This document shows positions 22,295-32,763 of a DNA stretch of 64,000 nt, piece after piece (the first letter of the stretch is position 1; each line of letters begins with the position of its first letter). The notes below the pieces were generated by a model that was not told where the DNA came from, ran no database searches, and saw only the letters and a list, made by a program, of their open reading frames with translations. Origin of the DNA: an uncultured Gammaproteobacteria bacterium (GTDB lineage: Bacteria > Pseudomonadota > Gammaproteobacteria > Pseudomonadales > Azotimanducaceae); contig CAWGGV010000009.1 in assembly GCA_963822255.1 (NCBI GenBank), positions 236,269 to 300,268 of the forward strand, written 5' to 3'. A program made the position numbers and the translations under genes.

Positions 22295-22998
22295 CCGATC
22301 TGCCGATCGCCGCTCCGCGCCAGACCGGCGCATCCTGCCGCGGCTTGCTGCTGATCGCCGTCATGGCATGGGCGGTGCCGGGGCTTGCCGCGGCACCGCT
22401 GATGGGCCGGGTGATCTACGTCACCGACGGCGATACCCTCACGATCGACGCTGGCGACACCCGCTATCGGATTCGCCTGCAGGAGATCGACGCCCCCGAA
22501 CGCGACCAGCCCGGAGGCGCCGAAGCGCGGGCGGCGCTGTCGCGGCGGGTAGACCGGAAGTACGTTCGGGTGGATGTCGAAGGGCACGACGACTACGGGC
22601 GCACGGTGGGGAAGGTGTGGCTCGGCAACGAGGACGTCAACCGCGACATGGTCCGCGACGGCCACGCCTGGGTTTACCGCAGGTACTTGAAGGACCCATC
22701 GCTCCTCGCCGACGAGGCCGCCGCGCGCGACGCCGGGCGCGGCCTGTGGGCCAGCACCGGCGCGGTGCCGCCCTGGCAGTGGCGACACTCGAGCCACCAC
22801 TCGACGCCACCGCCCAGCCGGGCGGCGAGCGCCGGCGGCTGCGCCATCAAGGGCAACATCAACCGGCGCGGCGAACGCATCTACCACGAGCCGGACGACC
22901 CGAATTACCGGCGAACGCGCATAGACACTGCGCGAGGCGAACGCTGGTTCTGCTCCGTCGAAGAGGCGGAACGGGCAGGCTGGCGCTCACCTCGCTGA
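22291..22998 (+). CDS. secreted thermonuclease (SNase-like) with a C-terminal Cys-containing domain
   Basis: Signal peptide-like N-terminus, then the SNase core (VIYVTDGDTLTI...RIRLQEIDAPE...GRTVGKV). The TTG start is taken from the ORF track, so the start is uncertain. Confidence 0.65.
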   Translation: MTDLPIAAPRQTGASCRGLLLIAVMAWAVPGLAAAPLMGRVIYVTDGDTLTIDAGDTRYRIRLQEIDAPERDQPGGAEARAALSRRVDRKYVRVDVEGHDDYGRTVGKVWLGNEDVNRDMVRDGHAWVYRRYLKDPSLLADEAAARDAGRGLWASTGAVPPWQWRHSSHHSTPPPSRAASAGGCAIKGNINRRGERIYHEPDDPNYRRTRIDTARGERWFCSVEEAERAGWRSPR

Positions 22999-23054
22999 GC
23001 TACCGGTGACAGCGCGCCCGCTCGGGTGCACATTTCGCATTCGTTCACTACCAC

Positions 23055-23924
23055 ATGGAGATCTTCGTCGTGACTACCCTCGATCGCAGCCAGGTGGAGT
23101 CGGTGCTGACCCGCTTCGGCCTCACGGCGCCCCCCACCATCAGCCTGGCCGGCCTCTCGGAGGTCTACGAGGCCTGGTGCCGGAACGTGCCGTTCGACAA
23201 CGCCCGCAAGCTCATCGCCGTGCGCGCCGGCGCGGTGGCGCTCCTGCCGGGGGACGATCCCGCGGAGTTCTTCGACGCCTGGCTCCGCCACGGGGTCGGC
23301 GGCACCTGCTGGGCCGGCAACGGGGCGCTGTGCGCGCTGCTCGAGGCTCTCGGCTTCGACGCCGTGCGCGGCGTGGCCACCATGATGGTGGCGCCGGACA
23401 TTCCGCCCAACCACGGCACGGTGGTGGTATCGCTGCCGGAGGGGCGCTATCTGGTGGATGCCTCGATCCTTCACGTCGAGCCCCTGCCCATCGTCCTCGG
23501 CCGCGAGTCGGTGGTGAGCCATCCGGCCTGGGCCGTCACCGGCCACTGGCTCGGCGACAAGTACGCGGTGCGCTGGCGGGGACCCGTGCGGCCGGACCCA
23601 TTCGATTGCCGCATCGAGGAGTGGCCCGTTGACCGGACCCGCTTTCGCCTCCAGCACGAGGCCACCCGCACCTGGAGCCCGTTCAATTTCGAGCTGACGT
23701 TCACCGTCGTGCGCGGCGACAGCCGCATCGGGGTGGCTTACGGCCAGGCGGTTCGCATCGGCCCGGACGGCACCATCGCGACGGAACCGCTGGTCGATCG
23801 GCTTGGCTACCTGGTCGACGAGCTCGGGGTGAGCGAGAGCCTCGCCCGGCAGATCCCGCCGGACGTCGCTACCCCGCCGCCGCCGGGATCCCGGACCGCG
23901 GCTGCGCAGGCCGGCGCTACGTGA
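23055..23924 (+). CDS. arylamine N-acetyltransferase (NAT) family protein
   Basis: A GGTCWAGNGAL segment resembles the NAT catalytic-Cys loop. Size (289 aa) is typical for NAT. Confidence 0.55.
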   Translation: MEIFVVTTLDRSQVESVLTRFGLTAPPTISLAGLSEVYEAWCRNVPFDNARKLIAVRAGAVALLPGDDPAEFFDAWLRHGVGGTCWAGNGALCALLEALGFDAVRGVATMMVAPDIPPNHGTVVVSLPEGRYLVDASILHVEPLPIVLGRESVVSHPAWAVTGHWLGDKYAVRWRGPVRPDPFDCRIEEWPVDRTRFRLQHEATRTWSPFNFELTFTVVRGDSRIGVAYGQAVRIGPDGTIATEPLVDRLGYLVDELGVSESLARQIPPDVATPPPPGSRTAAAQAGAT

Positions 23925-25812
23925 CCGTCAGCTCGAACTCCGTCGCCAGGTGAAGCGCGCGCAGCATGGCGCGCTTCTTCAGCTGGTGAGTATCCATCCG
24001 GGTGAATATGTCCACCAGAACCCGCAACGCTTCCTCTGTGTGCGGACCTTTGTTCAGCATGACGCACTCGGCGCGGTGTCCCATTGCGGCATCAGTGATC
24101 TCGGCCCGTGAGGGAATGCCTTTTCTGGCGAGAGACTCCAGCACCTGGGTCGCCCAGATGACCGGGCAGTGCGCCGCTTCGCAGATCCACAGCATTTCCT
24201 CCTGCACCTCGGCCAGGCGCTCGTAACCGCACTCGATAGCGAGGTCGCCTCGCGCGATCATGACCCCGACGCGATCATGGCGCATGGCCGTCAGCAGCAT
24301 CGCCGGCAGACGCTGGAACCCGCGTCTGGTCTCGATCTTCAGGACGATGCCCGGCCGTCGGCCGCCACAGCCGGCAACCGCCTCCATGAGGTCGGCGACG
24401 TCCTGCTCACCCGATGCGAACGAGAGACCGACCATGTCGGCATGCTCGACGACGAATTTCAGATCGTCCCGGTCCTTGCCGGTCAGCGCGGGCAGCCGCA
24501 GACGGCTGTCGGGAAGGTTGATGCCGTTGTCGCTCTTGAGTCGCGCACCGCCAGGCGGCGTCCGCAGAATGCGCACGTGCATTTCCGCCTCCGACACCGC
24601 CTCCACCACCCCGGTCATGGCGCCGTCGTCGAGACCCACGCCATCGCCGGCGCGAACGTCTGCGAAAACCTCCGGCAGGGTGCAGCTCACCCGAGCCGGG
24701 CTCAGCACCCGCCCGGCTGAATCGCAGGACGCCGGCCGCCCGCGCGACGGCGCTCGGGTCAGAACCAGCAGATCGCCGGGCCGCAGGGGGATGGCGCCGT
24801 CTGAGTCGGGTATTCCGGAGACTTCGGTGGTTTTGCCGCCCGTCCGCCCGGGCGCTTGGAGGCGGGTACCGTTGGTGAAGTATGCGGTGTGGGTCAGCTC
24901 TGCCCAGACACCTCCCAGGTCTCGATCCACAACCTCGAGCCGACGACGACGCGAGCGGGTGTCCTCGCAGACGGCGGCTTGTCCCGGCGCAAGCTCGGCG
25001 AGCCACGATGCGTCGACCTCCAGCACGCCATCGGCGGCCGACGGAGGCGATGCGGGCGCCAGACGATCCGTGAGCCAGATCCGGGCCGGCGCCGTAACCC
25101 GGCCCAATGCGTCGCGGCTCGGCTTGATCCTGCGTACTGCCGGGCCGGGCTCGATCTCTCCGGTGCGCAGCTTCGGCCCCCCCAGATCCATGAGCACGCT
25201 GCAGTCGCGGTCCAAGGCCACGCGCGCCCGCTGCAGGTGTTCGATCATTGCGAGCCACTGCGGGGCGCTGTCATGGGCGCAGTTGATGCGCATGCAGGTC
25301 ATGCCGCTTTCCAGCAGCCCGCGCACCAGCAGGTAGTCGCTGGCCGCCTCGGTCGGCATGGTGACCATGATGTGCCTGGTGCGCCCCGCCGGCGCCGCAC
25401 CGAGCAACTCGACGGTGTGTCGGTTGAGCAGCCGCGTGCCCTCGGCCAGATCGCACGGCACCGCGTCACCGTGCAGGGCCGCCGGCGCGTTGCACAGGCG
25501 TCCGACCACGGCGAGCACCGCATTCACTGAGAACAGCGCGTGCGATTCCGCGCGTCCGAGCGATGACAAGCCCAGCTCGGCCAGCTCCGCCTGCAACGCG
25601 CGCAGGTCCCGACGTCGAAACGCGAGGTAGTGCAGCAGGTTACGCGCGCTGGCATGGTAGGCCGGGTTCACCTCGCGGAGGGCCGGTTCCCAACGCTCTT
25701 CCAGCTCGAGCATCGCGTGGGCGAGGTCGTCCAGCGTGCGCTTCAGCGCTTCCAGACGGGCCGTGGAAGTCGGGTCGAGAAGATCGGACACGCGGGTCCA
25801 TGAACGAGACAA
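23917..25812 (-). CDS. pyruvate kinase-like protein (long form with ~200-aa N-terminal extension)
   Basis: PK barrel motifs: VLKIETRRGF, MIARGDLAIECGYE, ATQVLESL, PSRAEITDAAMG. Confidence 0.75.
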   Translation of the reverse strand: MSRSWTRVSDLLDPTSTARLEALKRTLDDLAHAMLELEERWEPALREVNPAYHASARNLLHYLAFRRRDLRALQAELAELGLSSLGRAESHALFSVNAVLAVVGRLCNAPAALHGDAVPCDLAEGTRLLNRHTVELLGAAPAGRTRHIMVTMPTEAASDYLLVRGLLESGMTCMRINCAHDSAPQWLAMIEHLQRARVALDRDCSVLMDLGGPKLRTGEIEPGPAVRRIKPSRDALGRVTAPARIWLTDRLAPASPPSAADGVLEVDASWLAELAPGQAAVCEDTRSRRRRLEVVDRDLGGVWAELTHTAYFTNGTRLQAPGRTGGKTTEVSGIPDSDGAIPLRPGDLLVLTRAPSRGRPASCDSAGRVLSPARVSCTLPEVFADVRAGDGVGLDDGAMTGVVEAVSEAEMHVRILRTPPGGARLKSDNGINLPDSRLRLPALTGKDRDDLKFVVEHADMVGLSFASGEQDVADLMEAVAGCGGRRPGIVLKIETRRGFQRLPAMLLTAMRHDRVGVMIARGDLAIECGYERLAEVQEEMLWICEAAHCPVIWATQVLESLARKGIPSRAEITDAAMGHRAECVMLNKGPHTEEALRVLVDIFTRMDTHQLKKRAMLRALHLATEFELTVT

Positions 25813-25953
25813 CGGGTGTCCGATTGTACTCGCTCAGATGTCAATTTCATGACCGCCGGGTCGCTGCGTGCGCCACGGGGTTTGACCGGCTCAGGCCGGG
25901 CCTGTCGGTGGCCGGCGGGTTCGAGATGAGCTGACCGGCCGGCCGCCGGCGCC

Positions 25954-26565
25954 TCATTCGTCGATGCAACGGCGTACCAGCGGCCGGGCCGGCTTGCGGC
26001 GCTCCGCCACAGTGAACCCGGCGCTCTCGAACATGGCGAGCGTGCCGTGCCAGGCGGCGCCCTGGGAGAGCCGGCGGCCGCCGGGGTCGAGCGGATAGCC
26101 TTCGACCACCGTGGCTCCCTGCGCGGCCGCGTGCGCTACCGCAGCCTCGAGCAGCGCCCGGCCGACACCGCTGCCTCGATGGTCGGGGTCGATGAAGAAA
26201 CAGACCACCGAGTAGGTGACCTGCTGCGCCGAGCCCACATCCGCGCTCCCGCCGTCCCGCCTCCGCCACAGCGGCGAACGCTCCACCCGCCCGAACTCGC
26301 AACGGGGCGCCACCGACACCCAGCCCACCGGTTTGCCGACGGCGTAAGCGAGCAAGCCCGGCACACGGCCATCGGTGACGATGAGTCGGAGGGCGGCCCG
26401 GTTGCCGCGATTGCCGTTGGCGGAGAATTCTCGCGAGGTGAGGCGTGGAAACATGCACCAGCAGCCCCCGTCGGCCCCCCGCGGACCGAACAGCCGCTCC
26501 AGATCGTCCCAGCGCTCGGGGGTAGCGGGATGGATCTCGAGCGCAGCATGGTCGGTGGGTGTCAT
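25954..26565 (-). CDS. GNAT family N-acetyltransferase
   Basis: Acetyl-CoA motif A region DPDHRGSGVGRALLE. Confidence 0.75.
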   Translation of the reverse strand: MTPTDHAALEIHPATPERWDDLERLFGPRGADGGCWCMFPRLTSREFSANGNRGNRAALRLIVTDGRVPGLLAYAVGKPVGWVSVAPRCEFGRVERSPLWRRRDGGSADVGSAQQVTYSVVCFFIDPDHRGSGVGRALLEAAVAHAAAQGATVVEGYPLDPGGRRLSQGAAWHGTLAMFESAGFTVAERRKPARPLVRRCIDE

Positions 26566-27071
26566 GGTTCCTGACTCCGCCAGCGGATGTGGAGCGGCTC
26601 CGTATCGGGTTGTCGCGGCCGCAGCCAGGCAGTGTGCAAGGCGCGGTCGATGCGCAGCTCGGAGAGCACTTCGTCGCTGCGCACGTCGTGTCGGGCGATC
26701 TGCTCCAGCCGTGCCCGAAGCGCTCGGTCGGCGATCCGGTGCGATGTTCCCGCCAGGTAAAACTCGTCGTCGGTCTCCGCGGGCGGAAAGCTGTGCAACG
26801 CGTACCTGCCGTCCCGGTCGAGATCATGACGCTTGGGCGACCGACCCGTGACGAAGACGAACAAGCCGCCATCGCAGACGATTGGACAGCAGGGATGCAG
26901 CCTCGGGCCGCCGTCCTTGCGCACCGTGGCAATGAACCCGAGGCCGATGCCGAACTGGTGGATGAGAGCATGGCCCTTCGCGGCAATCTCCGGCGCAGCG
27001 TCGGCAAACTCCGACCATGGCAGTGCAGGGCTCATCGGCATCGCTCCCGGCGTTGGCAGCCAGCCTATCAC
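26562..27071 (-). CDS. pyridoxamine 5'-phosphate oxidase-like FMN-binding split-barrel protein
   Basis: 169 aa. Its stop overlaps the GNAT start (ATGA). General-stress-protein-26-like pattern. Confidence 0.55.
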   Translation of the reverse strand: MIGWLPTPGAMPMSPALPWSEFADAAPEIAAKGHALIHQFGIGLGFIATVRKDGGPRLHPCCPIVCDGGLFVFVTGRSPKRHDLDRDGRYALHSFPPAETDDEFYLAGTSHRIADRALRARLEQIARHDVRSDEVLSELRIDRALHTAWLRPRQPDTEPLHIRWRSQEP

Positions 27072-27106
27072 CCGGCTCCTGACAGCGTGGTGTCAGGACT
27101 ACCGGC

Positions 27107-28960
27107 TCAGGCCGGCTCGGCGGCCTCGGTGCGCACGGTGGCGCGGCTGGCCAGCATCATGATCGCTGCGCCGAGCCCCGCCGCCAGTGTCGAACCGACC
27201 AGGACGGCGATCTTGGCAACGGCCGCCGATTCGCCGGCCGCGGCAAACGCCTGGTCCGCCATCAGCAGCGACATGGTATAGCCGATGCCGCAGAGACACG
27301 CCGCGCCGAGGAAGTGACTCACGGTCACGGCGTCGGGCATCCGTGCGAGGCCAGTCTTCACCGTGATCCATGCCAGCGCGCAGACGCCCAGAGGCTTACC
27401 GATCACCAGTCCCAGCGCGACGCCGGTGAGAATGCGGGAGGCATCGCCGGTTGTCAGGTTCACGTTCAGACCGACGCCGGTCGCCGAGAACGCGAACAGC
27501 GGCAGGATCACGTAGCTGCTCCAGGGCGCAATCGCCCGTTCGACCCGATCCGCCGGAGACAGCAGCCTTGCGCTGGCGGCGGAGAGGTTCCGGCTCGCCC
27601 ACTCGAAGACCGGATTCTCCTCGCCGTCCTCGATGGTGCGCTCCGCATGCTCGAGTGCCGCCAGCGCCGTAGCCGCCTGAGCCAGCAGCGGGCCCGCCTC
27701 GGGCGCCGGCCGGGTGGGCAGGAACGCGGCCAGGGCGATGCCCGCCAGGGCACCGTGGATGCCGGCCGAATGGAGGAAGACCCATGCGGCGACGGCGAGC
27801 ACCGCATACGGCCAAACCGCGTATACGCGCGAGCGGCGCAGCGCCAGCATGGCCGCCATGGTGGCGAACGCGCCGAGGAGGCCTTCCACGGCGAAGCTCT
27901 GTGGGTAAAAGACGGCCAGGGTCAGCACGGAGATCACGTCGTCGACCACGGCCAGCGCGGCGACGAACACCTTGAGGCTCGGCGGCACCCGGTCGCCGAG
28001 CAGGGCGAGGACGCCCAGGGAGAAGGCGACGTCGGTGGCCGTGGGCACCGACCAGCCGGCCGCCGTCGCACCGCCATTGACCAGCAGATAGATCAGCGCC
28101 GGCGTCACGGCGCCGCCGACCGCCGACACCACGGGCAGCGCCGCAGCCCTCGCATCGGCCAGGCTGCCGGCCGTCAACTCGCGGCGGATCTCCAGTCCCA
28201 CCAGCAGAAAGAAGAACGCCAGCAGCCCTTCGGAAAACCATTCACCGACACTGAGCGACAACAGGCTGCCTGGAGAGCCGACGCCGAACGGCGCCGCCAC
28301 GAAAGCGTCATAGGCGGCGGCCAGGGGAGAGTTCGCCAGAATCAGCGCGGCGAGCGCCGCCAGCAGCAGCACCAGCCCGCCGGCGGCGGGCAGATTGGCG
28401 AACACCCGCGCCGAGCGTTGAATCCGCTCGGCCACCGGCCGCTCGAGCACGTCCAGCAGAGAATAGAAGTCCCACGCACCGTCGTAGCGCACGCCATCGA
28501 CGAACAGCGTAGGGGTGCCGGTCACGCCGTCGCGCCGCGCCTCGGCCAGATCGCGCTCGACACGCGCCCGAACCGGCTCGCTCACCAGGTCTTCCTCGAA
28601 CCGGCCGAGGTCGAGGCCGATGGCATCCGCGATGTCGCGGACGTCGTCGGCGGTCAGCGGCGGGTCGCGGTCGTAGAACGCATCGTGCATCTCCCAGAAC
28701 CGGCCCTGGTTGGCGGCCGCTTCCGCCGCTCGCGCCATGAGCTCCGCGCCGGGATGGGCAGGTTCGTTGGGAAAGTGGCGGAACGCATAGGCGATCTCCT
28801 CGCCGAGCGCCTCGCGCAGCCGCTTCAGAACGCCGCGGAAGCGCCGGCAGTACGGGCACAGGAAGTCGCCGTAGGACACGACGTTGACGACCCGGCCGGA
28901 CACCTTGCCGCCGCGCACGTGGTCGAGAGCGGGATCCAGGCCGCGCCTCAGCACCGTCAT
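27107..28960 (-). CDS. nhaA: fusion protein: N-terminal DsbA-like thioredoxin domain (CPYC) + C-terminal Na+/H+ antiporter NhaA
   Basis: VVSYGDFLCPYCRRF is the CxxC thioredoxin active site. The C-terminal ~400 aa has the NhaA 12-TM architecture. Confidence 0.85.
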   Translation of the reverse strand: MTVLRRGLDPALDHVRGGKVSGRVVNVVSYGDFLCPYCRRFRGVLKRLREALGEEIAYAFRHFPNEPAHPGAELMARAAEAAANQGRFWEMHDAFYDRDPPLTADDVRDIADAIGLDLGRFEEDLVSEPVRARVERDLAEARRDGVTGTPTLFVDGVRYDGAWDFYSLLDVLERPVAERIQRSARVFANLPAAGGLVLLLAALAALILANSPLAAAYDAFVAAPFGVGSPGSLLSLSVGEWFSEGLLAFFFLLVGLEIRRELTAGSLADARAAALPVVSAVGGAVTPALIYLLVNGGATAAGWSVPTATDVAFSLGVLALLGDRVPPSLKVFVAALAVVDDVISVLTLAVFYPQSFAVEGLLGAFATMAAMLALRRSRVYAVWPYAVLAVAAWVFLHSAGIHGALAGIALAAFLPTRPAPEAGPLLAQAATALAALEHAERTIEDGEENPVFEWASRNLSAASARLLSPADRVERAIAPWSSYVILPLFAFSATGVGLNVNLTTGDASRILTGVALGLVIGKPLGVCALAWITVKTGLARMPDAVTVSHFLGAACLCGIGYTMSLLMADQAFAAAGESAAVAKIAVLVGSTLAAGLGAAIMMLASRATVRTEAAEPA

Positions 28961-29419
28961 GAGCTACGCGGCCTGGCGCGTTCGGTGGCGACCGCGACGG
29001 CCATCAGACGAAGCGCGGAATCGGCCCGCGCTGGGGACGCAAATGTACCCAGGGCGAGCCCATCGCCAGACATAGCTCGCAGCCGAGGGCGCTGGGAACG
29101 ACTTCGCGTATGGTGCCGATATGCGAGCAGGCGTCAGACACGGACGATCTCCGCTGATTGCGCGCTGGGGCAGCACGATCACTGCCGGCGAGGTGGCCGT
29201 GCAGCGCCGCCTTCTGCTCCCCTGCCGTCGAGGATGGAGGGCGCAGGGGCAGTCATGACAACGCCCACCCGGGGCGGCCGATTGTAGCAGGCCACGTCAG
29301 GAGCAGCAGCGGATTCGACAGCCGTTTCGCCGCCCGCGTCATCGGCCGGTCACACGCGCCGCCTAGAGTCTCCGTGGGCACCCGTTCCGGGTTCCGATGC
29401 ATCACAAGGAGACTCATAC

Positions 29420-30526
29420 ATGCCACGACTGAATCGATGCGCCGTGCTGGTGGCACTGGCCGCTGCCGCGCTCCCGTTCTCCCCGCCCGCTGACGCCCAG
29501 TCGGGCCACGACGGCCACGACTCACCCTGGTCCAGCGGCGGCTCGCAGGAAGGTTCTCACGGCGACCGGCACGAGCTTAAGGTGGGGCTGTGGGGCGACG
29601 AGTTCTACAGTGACGATCCCGCTGACAAGGCGGCCGACATCCAGCAGACGATCGGCTCGATGAACGCTCACCACCTGGACTTCACCTTGTTCGCCGGCGA
29701 TACCAAGAACGGCAGCTCGCTGTGCAGCGACCAGGCCATCGGCGAGGACGTGATGGCCATCTTCGATGCCCTGAAGATGCCGACCCTCTACACCCTCGGC
29801 GACAACGAATGGACCGACTGCCATCGCACCAGCAACGGCTCCTACGATCCCCTGGAGCGCCTGGCCTACCTGCGCGCCCAGTTTTTCAACAAGGCCACCA
29901 CTCAGGGCCCCCATCCCATTGCCGTGGAGCGGCAGGGCGCGCTCGGCGGCGAGTACAGCGAGAACAGCAGGTTCGTGAGGAACCATGTGGAGTTCGTGGC
30001 GTTGAACGTCCCCGGCAGCAACAACAACCTTGTCGTCACGGACAAGCAGTGCTCCAACAAGTCGAACCGCACTCAAGCGGACTGCGACGCCGCGACCGCC
30101 GAATACCAGGAGCGCAACGCGCAGGATCTGGCGTGGCTGCGGTCGTCGTTCGACAAGGCCCGGCAGCATCGTCTCGCCGGCATCGTCGTCGTCATCCAGG
30201 CCGACGTGTACTTCCCGTTCGAGCTGAGTGACGGCGGCTACGACGAGAACTTCCTGCCCCAGCTCGACCCCACCGTCAACGGCTATGCGGACTTCTTCCA
30301 TGCCCTGGTGGAGGAAACCCACAGATTCCCCGGTCAGGTGGTGCTGGTGCACGGCGACTCCCACTACTTCAAGATCGACAAAGCCATGGTGGACGGCGAC
30401 GGGCGCCTGACCCCGAACTTCACCCGCATCGAGGTGTTCGGATCCGCCGACAACGGCTGGGTTGAGATGACCGTCGACCCCGGCACCGATCAGGTGTTCT
30501 CGTTCCAGCCGGTGGTGCTGCACTAG
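29420..30526 (+). CDS. secreted metallophosphoesterase (calcineurin-like)
   Basis: Signal peptide, then GDxxD/GDNE/GDSH metallophosphatase motifs. Ribosome-binding site AAGGAG. Confidence 0.75.
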   Translation: MPRLNRCAVLVALAAAALPFSPPADAQSGHDGHDSPWSSGGSQEGSHGDRHELKVGLWGDEFYSDDPADKAADIQQTIGSMNAHHLDFTLFAGDTKNGSSLCSDQAIGEDVMAIFDALKMPTLYTLGDNEWTDCHRTSNGSYDPLERLAYLRAQFFNKATTQGPHPIAVERQGALGGEYSENSRFVRNHVEFVALNVPGSNNNLVVTDKQCSNKSNRTQADCDAATAEYQERNAQDLAWLRSSFDKARQHRLAGIVVVIQADVYFPFELSDGGYDENFLPQLDPTVNGYADFFHALVEETHRFPGQVVLVHGDSHYFKIDKAMVDGDGRLTPNFTRIEVFGSADNGWVEMTVDPGTDQVFSFQPVVLH

Positions 30527-30689
30527 CGGTTTCCGCTCCGGCCTGCTCGCCGGCGGCAGCGCGTCCTCCAGCCCGCGCCTGCCGCCGGCAAGCGTCAGCG
30601 GCTGCCGCCGCGATGCTCGACGCTCTTTTGCGGTATGATTCGGCGGACCACATCGCCGGGACGGCCTGCGCTGTGAAGGGGGGAATCAC

Positions 30690-31283
30690 GTGGCCTCATG
30701 GTTCGATGGGCTCACGGCTCTCGAGCAGTTTCTGCTCGCCGTTGCCGTGTTCTCCACGCTCGTTTTCGCTCTGCAGTTCGTCATGAGCCTGCTCGGGCTC
30801 GGCGGGCACCACCTGATCGACATCGACAGCGACAACGATGGCCTGTCCCTCGGCGACGTGTTCACCCTGCGCAATGGCGTCTGCTTCCTCATGGGCTTTT
30901 CCTGGGGCGGGCTGATGGCCGACAGCTGGGGGCTTGGCTACTCACTGCTGGACGCGATGGTCGGATTCCTCGCCGGCAGCACCCTGGTGGCCGTCAACAT
31001 GGGGCTGCTTGTCGCCATGTCCCGGCTCAGGCACGACGGCAGCATCCAGATCGAAAACGCCATCGCCCAGCACGCCACCGTGACCTTGTCCATTCCGGCC
31101 CGGCGCGGCGGTATCGGCAAGGTCATGGTGCCCATCCAGGGGCGACTGACGGAGTACCAGGCGGTGACCGACGGCGACGTGCTGAGGCGCCACACCGCCG
31201 TCATCGTTCGCGCGGTCGCAGGCAGCCGGCTCGTGGTAGCCGCGCTGCCGCACGAATCCGCAGCAGGGGGAGCTCCAGCATGA
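30690..31283 (+). CDS. NfeD-family membrane protein (flotillin-associated, OB-fold C-terminus)
   Basis: TM N-terminal half plus a C-terminal beta-rich domain. Its stop overlaps the flotillin ATG (ATGA). Confidence 0.7.
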   Translation: MASWFDGLTALEQFLLAVAVFSTLVFALQFVMSLLGLGGHHLIDIDSDNDGLSLGDVFTLRNGVCFLMGFSWGGLMADSWGLGYSLLDAMVGFLAGSTLVAVNMGLLVAMSRLRHDGSIQIENAIAQHATVTLSIPARRGGIGKVMVPIQGRLTEYQAVTDGDVLRRHTAVIVRAVAGSRLVVAALPHESAAGGAPA

Positions 31284-32722
31284 TTCCATACGGTCTGATT
31301 CTGGTGGTGGTCTCGGCGTTCGTGGTGGTGGGCGCGGTAATCGCAATCGCCAAGCGCATCAAGACCTGCCCGTCCGACAAGATCCTGGTGAAATACGGTC
31401 AGATCGGCGGCAACCAGTCCGCCAAGACCATTCACGGCGGCACCACGTTCGTCTGGCCTGTGATCCAAGGCTTCCGTTACCTGGACCTCACCCCCATGAC
31501 GGTGGACATCAAGCTGGAAGGCGCGCTGTCCAAGCAGAACATCCGGGTCAACGTGCCGTCGCGTTTCACCTTCGGCATCGGTACCACCGGGGAGCTGATG
31601 AACAACGCCGCCGAGCGGCTGCTCTCGCTGTCGGCCGGCGAGATCGAGGAAACCGCCAAGGACATCATCTTCGGCCAGCTCCGCGCCACCATCGCCACCA
31701 TGGACATCGAGGAGATCAACGGCGACCGCGAGACCTTCGAAAGCCGGGTGCTGGAGAACATCGAGTCGGAGCTGATCAAGATCGGCCTGCGCCTCATTAA
31801 CGTCAACATCTCCGACATCACCGACGCCTCCGGCTATATCGAGGCCCTGGGCCAGCGCGCTGCCGCGGAAGCGATCAACAAGGCCCGCATCGAGGTGGCC
31901 CAGCAGGATCGCGATGGCGCGGTGGGATCGGCCCAGGCCGAGCAGGATCAGCGGGTGCGTGTGGCGGATGCCAACGCTCAGGCAGTCGCCGGCGAAAACC
32001 GCGCCCGCGGCGTGGAAGCCGAATCCGAAGCCGATCTACGGGTCACCCGCGCCGAGGCGAAGCGCCTCGGCGATGCCGCCGAGGCGGTGAAGAACGCCGC
32101 GGCCGAGCGGGAAGGCTACGAGGCCGAGAAGCAGGCGGAGGCCGCCCGTGCCGAACGGGATCGGGCCACCCGCTTCGCCGATGTGGTGGTGCCGGCGGAG
32201 ATCGAGCGCGACCGGGTGTCCACCGAAGCGGAGGGCCAGAAGTCGAAGGTGGTGCTCGCCGGCGAGGCCGAGGGGGAAGCGCTACGGGCGCGCCTGGTCG
32301 GTGAGGCGCAAGGACGCCGGGAGATCCTGATGAAGATGGCCGAGGGCTTCCGCGAGATCGTCGCGGCGGCGGGCGGTGACGCCGACGCCGCGGCACGGCT
32401 GATGATCGTCGATAAGATCGACGCCCTCGTCAAAGCCCAGTCGGAGGCGATCAGAAACATCGACTTCGAGAAAGTGGTGGTCTACGACGGCGGCAACGGT
32501 CAGGCAGTCGGAAACTTCCTCGGCGGTCTGACCCACGCCCTGCCATCCCTGCACGAGCTGGCGAAGATGGCGGGTCTCGAGCTTCCCGACACGCTCGGCC
32601 GGTTGGTGGAGGATGGTAACCTGCCCCCTTCACCGGTCCGGCCACCCGCGACGCCCGGGGTGACGGCGGAGCCGGCGCCGGAGACGGCATCAGCCGACGC
32701 CGCCGAACACGGGATTCGGTAA
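31280..32722 (+). CDS. flotillin-family SPFH/band-7 protein (YqiK/FloT-like)
   Basis: N-terminal TM segment, an SPFH domain, and a long Ala/Glu-rich coiled-coil (EA repeats). Confidence 0.85.
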   Translation: MIPYGLILVVVSAFVVVGAVIAIAKRIKTCPSDKILVKYGQIGGNQSAKTIHGGTTFVWPVIQGFRYLDLTPMTVDIKLEGALSKQNIRVNVPSRFTFGIGTTGELMNNAAERLLSLSAGEIEETAKDIIFGQLRATIATMDIEEINGDRETFESRVLENIESELIKIGLRLINVNISDITDASGYIEALGQRAAAEAINKARIEVAQQDRDGAVGSAQAEQDQRVRVADANAQAVAGENRARGVEAESEADLRVTRAEAKRLGDAAEAVKNAAAEREGYEAEKQAEAARAERDRATRFADVVVPAEIERDRVSTEAEGQKSKVVLAGEAEGEALRARLVGEAQGRREILMKMAEGFREIVAAAGGDADAAARLMIVDKIDALVKAQSEAIRNIDFEKVVVYDGGNGQAVGNFLGGLTHALPSLHELAKMAGLELPDTLGRLVEDGNLPPSPVRPPATPGVTAEPAPETASADAAEHGIR

Positions 32723-32763
32723 CCCGGTCCGGAATCGTCATCGCTTCGAGGAGATCAGGACAC

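Noticed and set aside
29158-29493. 111-aa ORF in the long nhaA–phosphoesterase intergenic region
   Set aside because: It has no ribosome-binding site, its Arg/Ala-rich composition is typical of random high-GC frames, and it overlaps the start region of the downstream gene.
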